Of a stretch of 64,000 nt of DNA, positions 57,011 to 64,000 are shown piece by piece (positions within the stretch are counted from its first letter, which is position 1; each line of letters begins with the position of its first letter). A model generated the notes under the pieces. The model searched no databases and was not told where the DNA came from. It saw only the letters and a list, made by a program, of their open reading frames with translations. Origin of the DNA: a virus; the IMG/VR virus record IMGVR_UViG_3300042007_000202, positions 1 through 64,000 of that record, one strand, 5' to 3'. Both the position numbers and the translations under genes were made by a program.

Positions 57011-59102
57011 GGGAGGACCCCTCTCCGTCGCACTGGAACTGGGCGACGGCCCGCTCCAGGTAGTCGGGGTGGTGTTCCTCGCGGGCGAGTAGGAGCGCGC
57101 GCACGTAGTGGTCCACCGCCTGGTGCAGGCACGGTTCGCCGGGGGTGGACTCGTGGAACTCCGCGTACGCGCCGCGCAGCATCTGGTCGAGCTGGCCGGG
57201 GTCTGCGTGGAGGGTGAGGTGGACGGACTCGGGGGGGAGCTGCTGGAGCTGCGTGCGCTGGTTGCGGGGGGTGGAGCGGATGAGGAACTGTCCGGCCCGG
57301 CTGAGGGCGCGGCGGACGGCCATGTCGAGGCAGCGGGTGCGCCAGTCGCCGCCGTGGCTGAGGGCGGGGCGGGCGCTGGCGGTCATGGCGCGCTCCAGCC
57401 CTTCGCGGGTGACGGGGCGGCTGGCTCCGGCCTGGGGTGCGTTGTTGCGGCCTCCGGCGGCCGGGAGCCCGGCCGGGCGGGCGGCCGGGCGGCCGGGCTG
57501 CTGGGCGGGGGTGGGGCCGGGGGTGCCGGGGTAGCCGCCGATGCGGCTGATGTTGGTGGGGTTGCCCAGGGGGGCCTGTACGCCTTGGGGTGTGGCGGCG
57601 GCGATGGCCTCCGGGGGGAGGGGGATGCCCAGGCGCGGGAGCAGGTAGGGGGCGAGGTTGGCGTTCGTCAGGGCGACGCGTTCCATCAGGCGGCGGGCGC
57701 GCTCCTGCTCGTCGGGGGCGTCCTCTTCGGAGAAGCCCAGTTCGCGCAGGTAGGCGGCGTCGGAGATGACCTGGTTGGCGAAGGCGGTGTCGGCCTCGGG
57801 GGCGCGGTTGGGGCGGAGGGTGAGGTCGCTGGTGTCGTACCAGATGGCGTACTTCTGCCAGCCCTGGATGCGCAGGGCTTTGAGCGCCGGGCGCAGGAGG
57901 TTGGTGGTCAGGGAGTCGCAGATCAAGCCGAGCAGTGGCTCGATGTGCAGCTTGATGGCCGATTCCTCCACTTGCCAGGCCGACCAATGGTTCGCGTCGC
58001 CCAGGCCGGTCAAAACCTCTGGCGGCATGTCCATGCCAGTGGCCACGCGGCGGATCGCGCTCTCGCGCAGTTCCTGGACGTTCTCGTCGAGCTTCGTGCT
58101 GAAGCTGATGTGCTTCAGTTCCTTGCCCTTTTCGGCCGGGCCCCGCACCACCAGCGGCACCACGGCGGACGCGCTGTCGCGGTTCTTCAGGGGGGCGGCC
58201 ATGGCCTCGATGAGGGCGGCCGTGAAGGGGTCCGGGTGGAGGGGGTTGACGCCCTCGGACTGCTCGGGGCTGGGAGTGGTCAGCTCGTCGGGGACGAACA
58301 GGACACCGGCGCCTGCCAGGCGGGACTCCGCGCTGGCGGTGATGTGGGCGGAGAGGTCGACGAGTTCGCGCAGCGGCTGGCGCAGGGCGAGCAGGGGGGA
58401 GTCGGGGTTGTAGCCGACGCGGGGGTGGGGGCGCCAGATGCGCAGGATGGTCGCCTGCTCGGGGTCGATGTCGATGTACTCGTTCGGCATGTCCGGGCTG
58501 ACGATCTTGAGCCCGGCGCCGGTGGACTGGAGCTCGTCCGCCGAGCACACCAGCCAGCGGCGCCCTTCGTCGCCGTCTTCACCGACGACGACGCTGGTGA
58601 CGTCCTGGCCGTATCCGGCGCTCTGGCCGCCGGGGTCGTCGAAGCCGATGAGGTAGCTCTCGCCGGGGATGTTGAGGTGGATGGCGAGGCGGCGCAGCAT
58701 CTCCGCCTGCCCGAGCTGCCCGCCGCCCAGCTCGTCCAGGACGGCGACGGCCTGCTGGGCTTCGAGGTCTACGGCACCGGTGGTCTCGTCGGTGCTGAGG
58801 TCGACGGGGGTGGGCTCGCTGGAGCCGTCGGGATCCACCACGCCGACGTAGAGGCGGGCGCGGGAGCAGGCGTTGGCGATCCAGGTGACGCCGAAGCGGA
58901 GTTCGGTGACGGTGTCGTAGAGGTCCCAGGCGTCGCGCTGCCAGTCCTGCTTGCGGCCGACGACGGTGCGGACCTGGGCCTTGCTGACGAGGGCCGCCGA
59001 CGCCATCACCGTGGTGCCCGCGTTCTGGTAGGTGACGACCCTGCCCGCGCGGTCGCGGCGGATCAGGTGCTTGGGGCGGCGGTGGATATTCCAGAGCGGC
59101 AC
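56997..59102 (-). CDS. Portal protein
   Basis: WQ.DAW..YD.V.ELRF; RIWRPHP...DSP; GMDMPPEVLTG.G.ANHWSAW. Confidence 0.88.
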   Translation of the reverse strand: MPLWNIHRRPKHLIRRDRAGRVVTYQNAGTTVMASAALVSKAQVRTVVGRKQDWQRDAWDLYDTVTELRFGVTWIANACSRARLYVGVVDPDGSSEPTPVDLSTDETTGAVDLEAQQAVAVLDELGGGQLGQAEMLRRLAIHLNIPGESYLIGFDDPGGQSAGYGQDVTSVVVGEDGDEGRRWLVCSADELQSTGAGLKIVSPDMPNEYIDIDPEQATILRIWRPHPRVGYNPDSPLLALRQPLRELVDLSAHITASAESRLAGAGVLFVPDELTTPSPEQSEGVNPLHPDPFTAALIEAMAAPLKNRDSASAVVPLVVRGPAEKGKELKHISFSTKLDENVQELRESAIRRVATGMDMPPEVLTGLGDANHWSAWQVEESAIKLHIEPLLGLICDSLTTNLLRPALKALRIQGWQKYAIWYDTSDLTLRPNRAPEADTAFANQVISDAAYLRELGFSEEDAPDEQERARRLMERVALTNANLAPYLLPRLGIPLPPEAIAAATPQGVQAPLGNPTNISRIGGYPGTPGPTPAQQPGRPAARPAGLPAAGGRNNAPQAGASRPVTREGLERAMTASARPALSHGGDWRTRCLDMAVRRALSRAGQFLIRSTPRNQRTQLQQLPPESVHLTLHADPGQLDQMLRGAYAEFHESTPGEPCLHQAVDHYVRALLLAREEHHPDYLERAVAQFQCDGEGSSLAHA

Positions 59103-59124
59103 GGCGGCAGTCCTCCTCGCTCGG

Positions 59125-59622
59125 TCAGGGGGTCGTGGGCGGCTGTGTGAGCTGGATAGCTACGTGGCCGGAGTGGACCTGCTGAGTGGGCGGGGGCGGG
59201 GAGTCGAGCCAGTCGGCTGCGATGGCGGTGACCCAGGACATGGCGAAGACGGCCACGGTGTAGGTGAAGCCGGTGGCGAGGGAGTGGGTGGGCCACAGGC
59301 CGAGCCAGCAGCGGTAGTAGGCGAGGGTGAGGGCGGCGGAGACCCAGAAGCCGGAGCACCAGGGGCAGGTGACGAGCTTGGCCGCGTAGCGCCAGAAGCG
59401 GGGGGCAGGGCGGAGGGGGCCGGGGCCGTCGGGGGTTTCGCCGTAGATCTGGCGGGGCGCCCGGCCGCCCGCCCGGCCGGGCGGCCGGGCGTGTCGGGGC
59501 TGGGCTTTCATGTCGATCCAGTCACGCAGGGGCTGAGTGATGGTGTCCTCGGTGATGAGCCTGGTGATGCGGGCGGTCGCGAGGAGGGTGAGGAGGGAGA
59601 TGAGTACGGAGAGCCATGCCAC
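59125..59622 (-). CDS. DUF1360-like membrane protein
   Basis: RITRLIT.D.I..PLR...LV.CPWC.GFWV. Confidence 0.8.
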   Translation of the reverse strand: MAWLSVLISLLTLLATARITRLITEDTITQPLRDWIDMKAQPRHARPPGRAGGRAPRQIYGETPDGPGPLRPAPRFWRYAAKLVTCPWCSGFWVSAALTLAYYRCWLGLWPTHSLATGFTYTVAVFAMSWVTAIAADWLDSPPPPTQQVHSGHVAIQLTQPPTTP

Positions 59623-59764
59623 GCTCCACAGAGTAACGATGTGCTCACGGACTGTCGCGTAAGTGGGTGACTGGCTTCCTGGGGAAGGGCGCTGGCCTGC
59701 ACGGATGCGGCCCGGCCGGGCGGGCGGCCGGGCACTGTCAGTGGCGAGCCGTAACTTTCCGTGA

Positions 59765-60235
59765 ATGGACGCCGAGGAGTGGGCCGGGGAGCTGCTGCGG
59801 GTGATCCGCGCGTACGGCCAGGGCCGGGCGCGGACCTTCGCGGAGGCGGGCTACCCGCTGCCGTGGGGGGTGGAGCTGACGCTGCCCACGGGGGCCCGCA
59901 TCTATCTCCAGACGGTGACCGACCCCTCCGACTCCGACCACCCGCCCACGGGGCCCGTGGCGCCCGCGATGGACCCGGTGGAGCTTCCCGCCGAGGGGCC
60001 GACGGAGCTGGCCGCCGTGGAACGCTGGCTGGGCTGGTGCCTCACCGGCCATCAATCCGCGTGGATCAGGGAGGTGGAGCTGTTCCAGGCGCGGCGCGGC
60101 CGTCGCTCCGTCCCCCACGGCCTTGCCGTCAAGGCGCACTCAGGGGCGCGGATGTGGATCTACTTCCGGCATGCCACCCCCGCCGGGCGCGACCCGCGCG
60201 GCATGGCCGTGTGGCGGCTCCAGCCGACCGTGTAG
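59765..60235 (+). CDS. Hypothetical protein
   Basis: Ordered-looking ORF. Confidence 0.6.
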   Translation: MDAEEWAGELLRVIRAYGQGRARTFAEAGYPLPWGVELTLPTGARIYLQTVTDPSDSDHPPTGPVAPAMDPVELPAEGPTELAAVERWLGWCLTGHQSAWIREVELFQARRGRRSVPHGLAVKAHSGARMWIYFRHATPAGRDPRGMAVWRLQPTV

Positions 60236-60239
60236 GGCC

Positions 60240-60590
60240 TCAGCCGCCCGGGGGCGGCACGATCATCCGCGCGGGGCGGCCGGTGGTGCTGATGCTGAAA
60301 TCGTCGAGCCAGGCGAGCGCGGCATGAACGGGGTCTTCACCGTCGGGATACTCGTACAGGGCGAAGCACATGATTCCATCGCCTGTCGACATATGGACCA
60401 GGTCATCTTCCGCCCCCCGGCGCCACGTGCGGGATGCCGCGCCCATGAGGTCGGGGTAGGTTTCGGCGAGACGATCAATGATCGCCTGCATCTCGGCGTG
60501 CGCCTGCTCGTGGCTGTAGCCGCCCGTGCCGTAGACGGGCGAGCCGAAGCCGTCGCTGATGCTGAGCCTGACGGTGAGGGTGTTCCACAT
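60240..60590 (-). CDS. Hypothetical protein
   Basis: ORF. Confidence 0.55.
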   Translation of the reverse strand: MWNTLTVRLSISDGFGSPVYGTGGYSHEQAHAEMQAIIDRLAETYPDLMGAASRTWRRGAEDDLVHMSTGDGIMCFALYEYPDGEDPVHAALAWLDDFSISTTGRPARMIVPPPGG

Positions 60591-60741
60591 GGGCCGACCC
60601 TATTGGGCGGCGGGCGGCGCGGGGCCGGTTCGGCGGCGCTGCGCCGCGATGTCAGCGGGAGCGCCTACCGTGGTTGACGTAGGCCCGCCCCGGACATCCC
60701 ATGTCCATGCTGCTGGCGCTCGCGCGGGGCGGGCCTCGCTC

Positions 60742-61020
60742 TTATCCGTTGACCTTGTCGAACGTGGGCGTCTCCTCATGCTCCACGTCCAGGCGCCACT
60801 TCGCCATGCAGCCGTCCTGGTAGACGGCCATGGTCGGCAGGTGGCCGCCCTGGGGGTCGGAGACGAACAGCTCCTTGTAGAAGGTCAGTACGGGGTCGCC
60901 GTGCCAGGGGCAGCCCTTCTTGAGTTCTTTCCGGCGGTCGACCACGCGCTGGAGCGTGGCGGCGTCCCAGTCGGGCCGGGGGAAGCCGGGCGGGAAGCTG
61001 GCGAACGGGTCTTCGTTCAT
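60742..61020 (-). CDS. Hypothetical protein
   Basis: ATGA coupling. Confidence 0.6.
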   Translation of the reverse strand: MNEDPFASFPPGFPRPDWDAATLQRVVDRRKELKKGCPWHGDPVLTFYKELFVSDPQGGHLPTMAVYQDGCMAKWRLDVEHEETPTFDKVNG

Positions 61021-61343
61021 GTCGTGATACTCCGGGGCGGGGTCAGCGGCAGCCCGTCAGCCGCGACCCAAGGCGGGTTCTTGAAGTCCCAGGGCTCAGC
61101 TGTGAGCTGCATGGCGTGGGTGGGGTTGTCCGCGCGGTGGACTTCGGCCCAGGCGTCCCTGTCGGACGCCGAGAAGAAGGGCTCCCGCACGGTGCAGCAG
61201 CAGCAGGAAGCGTAGTACGCCCAGAGTTCGGTGAGGCCGTTGGCGTAGGTGACGATGGTGGCGCCGGTGGCCTGGCCGTCTGCGTTGACGGGCATCTCGC
61301 GGCGGATAATGTCGCGGTTCTTGTCCGCGTGGATGGCGCTCAC
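61017..61343 (-). CDS. Hypothetical protein
   Basis: ORF with two family A sites at its 5' end. Confidence 0.55.
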   Translation of the reverse strand: MSAIHADKNRDIIRREMPVNADGQATGATIVTYANGLTELWAYYASCCCCTVREPFFSASDRDAWAEVHRADNPTHAMQLTAEPWDFKNPPWVAADGLPLTPPRSITT

Positions 61344-61571
61344 CGGGTACGCCTACCCGGCCGGAAGGGAATGATCTGCGCGGATCGTTCGATGGGGGTA
61401 GTCATGGGTGGCTTGGTCTCCATCACAGCACCGTATTGGTGTAGCGCCGTCCGGAGTGGCTGGCGGCCGGTGGGGGTCGGGGGCAGCTCACGCGGACGGG
61501 CGGAGAAGGGCGGGCCGGTCAGGCTGGCGAGAAGGCGAGGAGACGCGGCGGCCCGGACAGGTGAAGCTGGT

Positions 61572-62243
61572 TCAGCCGGTGAACCACTCCAGGAGCTGGC
61601 CGCGCAGCCGCTCCTGCGCCTCGGCCTCGGTGGCGCCTTCGGCGCGGAGCTGAGTCACGGGGCACACGGCCACGTACCCCCCGGCGCCCAGCCGCTCTCG
61701 CGTCTGCACCATCAGCTCCCGGCCCGGCTCGTGCCCGGCGTCGGGGAAGTATGTGGCGTGCACCCGGCGCATGGCTTCGCTGAAGCGCTCGGCCAGCTCG
61801 TCAGCGGAGCTGGAGGAGTTGATGTAGCGGGCGGTGGCGTGGTCGCCCTGGATGGCGATGTACTCCACCCAACGCAGGATGAACATGCGGAAGCGGCGGA
61901 TCTGCCCGTCCCGGCCGGTCTCGGTCAGGCGGGTCATCTGCTGTAGCTCGGCGTCGAAGTGGCTCACGGTCTCCGGGCTGATCTCCGCTACGGCGTCCCG
62001 GAGGCAGCCGACGGAGCGGGTGAGCGGGACGTAGGTCTGCTCTCGGCCCTCGCTGTGGTCCACGGAGACGGGGACCACAGCGAAGGACTCGGCCACGGCA
62101 GCGCCGGGGTTGTCGCGGAGGCGGCCGATGGCGTCGGCCAGCTCGTCGAACACCTGGGGCGGCAGGCCCTTGATCTGCTCCATGGCCTCGTCGCTGATGA
62201 CGACTTCGTAGGGGGCCTCGGAGGCGGTGGGTGGCTCGGTCAT
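61572..62243 (-). CDS. RelE-N-fragment / DUF6247-like / HicB-like fusion
   Basis: YEVVISDEA..QI..LP......L...I..L..NP; FDAEL...RW; YVAVCP...AEGATEAEA..RL. Confidence 0.6.
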   Translation of the reverse strand: MTEPPTASEAPYEVVISDEAMEQIKGLPPQVFDELADAIGRLRDNPGAAVAESFAVVPVSVDHSEGREQTYVPLTRSVGCLRDAVAEISPETVSHFDAELQQMTRLTETGRDGQIRRFRMFILRWVEYIAIQGDHATARYINSSSSADELAERFSEAMRRVHATYFPDAGHEPGRELMVQTRERLGAGGYVAVCPVTQLRAEGATEAEAQERLRGQLLEWFTG

Positions 62244-62283
62244 ACCCGGAGAGTACCTGTGGGAGATGGCGGAGGGGCTGACC

Positions 62284-62562
62284 TCAACCGAACAGCGTGG
62301 GCTGCTGGTAAGGGCTTGCTGCGGGGGTGGTGGGGCCGGGGGTGCCGGGCAGGCGCGGGAGGCCCTTGATGGGGTGCAGGGAGCCGGGGCACAGGGTGTA
62401 GGCGTCGCCGGTGGGGGCCCGGTGCCGGGCCAGTAGGCCGGTCCTCATGTGCTCGGCTGGCCACCTCTTGCACGACTTCTCGGGGCAGAGGTAGCGGTCG
62501 GGGGCCGCCGCCGCCCGTTTTCCTGAGCTGGCGGGGCCCCCCGGGGTGGGGGGTTGGGTCAT
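62284..62562 (-). CDS. Small Cys/His protein
   Basis: CPEKSC...ARH...CPGS. Confidence 0.55.
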   Translation of the reverse strand: MTQPPTPGGPASSGKRAAAAPDRYLCPEKSCKRWPAEHMRTGLLARHRAPTGDAYTLCPGSLHPIKGLPRLPGTPGPTTPAASPYQQPTLFG

Positions 62563-62572
62563 GCAGGTGAGG

Positions 62573-62815
62573 CTAGTTGGCGATCCGTAGTGCCGGGCGG
62601 GCGGGCGGCCGGGCGGGCGGGCGGCCGGGCATCTCGGCTCCGAGGGCGCGCCCGGCTGCCAGGAGCTTGTCCGCTGCATCCCGGACCAGGCAGCGGACCT
62701 CGAAGTGCCCGCCGGAGTGGAGATCCTTGAGGAGTTCGCGCAGATCAGCCTCTTGGGCCATCACTGCTTCGCGGATCTGGACAGGGTCCGGAGGTGGCAA
62801 GAAGTCGTTGTCCAT
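62573..62815 (-). CDS. Hypothetical protein
   Basis: ORF; tail encoded by a family B repeat. Confidence 0.5.
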   Translation of the reverse strand: MDNDFLPPPDPVQIREAVMAQEADLRELLKDLHSGGHFEVRCLVRDAADKLLAAGRALGAEMPGRPPARPPARPALRIAN

Positions 62816-63261
62816 TCAGTCACATTAGCGACGAAGTGACTACGGAGTGGAAGCGTTTGTACAAGTCGCCTGTGAGGGTTTCCTGCGCGAGGTGTGCACT
62901 TGCCCCCGGCATCGGATGATCGCGTTCCGGTTTAGGGCGTGCCGCAGGTGACACGTGCCTGCCTGGGCTCGGAGGAAACGTGCCTGGCCCCTCCCCCGGG
63001 CTGAGCGCGAGGGAGGGGCCAGGTGTTCGGGGGGCCACCCCTGTGGTGCGGAAGAGGCGGGGTGGCCCCCGGCGCCCGCAGCGGCACGGGTGCCCGTCCC
63101 GGCGTGCGCGTCTGAGGTCGGCAAAGGAGGGTGCCGCAGCGCAGGCCGGGGAGGTTCCTGGGCCGCGCCCCCGCTTGTGCTGGAGGGCGGGGGCGCGGTG
63201 GGTGCACACGACCGACAGAGGCTGTCCTGGGGAGGTAGCGCGCCCATCCCGTGCACCGCGT

Positions 63262-63295
63262 ACATGAAGTTAGCACACGCGCACGCTGTGTGCAT
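63262..63295 (-). promoter_or_regulatory. Family C promoter (right arm only)
   Basis: ATGCAC-17-TAACTT CATGT; near-identical to 8091-8113. Confidence 0.55.
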
Positions 63296-63397
63296 GGGGT
63301 AGGGCGGCCCCTTCTCTTGCGGGTGGTGTGGGGGCGCCGCCGCCCCGGGCCCGTAAGCGGCCCGGGGGGCGGACATGGGGTTTGCGTACGCGCGCCG

Positions 63398-64000
63398 TTA
63401 CCGCCCGCCGCCTGGCAGTCCCGGCCCGCTGCGCCCGAGCGGGATCGAGCCGAACCCGCCGCGCTGCCCTGCCTGCTGGGCGGCCTGGGCGATGCTGACC
63501 TGGGAGGCGTTGCCGATGTGCTGGCTGGCGCCGGGGATCTTGAGCAGTCCGTAGGCGAGGTACGTGCTGGCGTCGATGCGGCCCGGCGAGTCGGTGTGGT
63601 CCGGCTGCCACGTGGCCCACTCCTCCTCCATCTCCGGCAGGTACGCCGTGGTGCGGATCCGGTCCTCCAGCCACTGCTGGGCGATGGGCTCCGCCCGCAG
63701 GTGCTTCCCCGTCTTCGCGGTGACGGGCTGGATGTACGGCTTGAGGGCGCCCTTGGGGATGGCGCCTTCCTTCTGGAGGGCTTCCCACGCGGTGGCGATG
63801 GCCAGGTTGACCATGTCGCCTCCGTAGTTGCGTTCTACGAGGATGACCGTCGCGCCGATCTCGAACGCCAGCAGGCATGCCCGCCGCGACCACTGCGCGG
63901 ACGAGCACGGGCGGGAGCGGTCGTGGGTGATGTAGAGCCGCTGGTCTGTGCCCCGGAACCCGCCGATGATCCCGGCGACGTCCCGGCCGCCGCCGGACGG
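63398..64000 (-). CDS. Terminase large subunit, C-terminal nuclease domain (5' end outside the window)
   Basis: PSGGGRD.AGI...VERNYGGDM...GK.LRAEPI...W.P...SPGRIDA; upstream of the portal. Confidence 0.88.
   Translation of the reverse strand, partial: PSGGGRDVAGIIGGFRGTDQRLYITHDRSRPCSSAQWSRRACLLAFEIGATVILVERNYGGDMVNLAIATAWEALQKEGAIPKGALKPYIQPVTAKTGKHLRAEPIAQQWLEDRIRTTAYLPEMEEEWATWQPDHTDSPGRIDASTYLAYGLLKIPGASQHIGNASQVSIAQAAQQAGQRGGFGSIPLGRSGPGLPGGGR

Overview
A very GC-rich (roughly 70-75% by eye) segment of an actinobacterial, Streptomyces-like tailed phage, prophage or phage-plasmid. The minus strand carries a nearly complete siphovirus virion and lysis set, read right to left: terminase large subunit (3' part only), DUF1360-like membrane protein, portal, a MuF/protease/Nudix head polyprotein, capsid hexamer- and pentamer-type proteins resembling mycobacteriophage cluster B, major tail protein with Ig/PKD-like domains, a His-repeat fibre, adaptor, tail completion, chaperones, tape measure, minor tail proteins, amidase-LysM endolysin and holins. 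Blocks of small accessory genes interrupt this set repeatedly; one block contains an intact tyrosine recombinase. The first 10 kb is a plus-strand, early-type array of small genes including HU and a ParB-N-like protein. Three dispersed DNA element families run through the window. (A) About 27 copies of a 12-bp quasi-palindrome, ATCC(A/G)CG(C/G)(A/G)GA(T/C); 11 are fused to a TGA stop and often to the next RBS. (B) About 17 GC-only GCCCGGCCG/GGGCGG inverted repeats, some in frame inside proteins. (C) About 10 sigma70/HrdB-type promoters, mostly framed by a GTGACAYGAGATT...AATCTCRTGTCAC inverted repeat, which head the accessory blocks. Best candidates for new biology: the A+C cassette architecture, a head polyprotein with assemblin-like L-x-A/(A,S) sites bracketing a Nudix domain, a C-terminal Zn module shared by two first-in-operon genes, and a RelE-fragment/DUF6247/HicB-like fusion. 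All family assignments are by motif recognition from memory; no searches were run. I saw no replication genes, tRNA, rRNA or CRISPR array.
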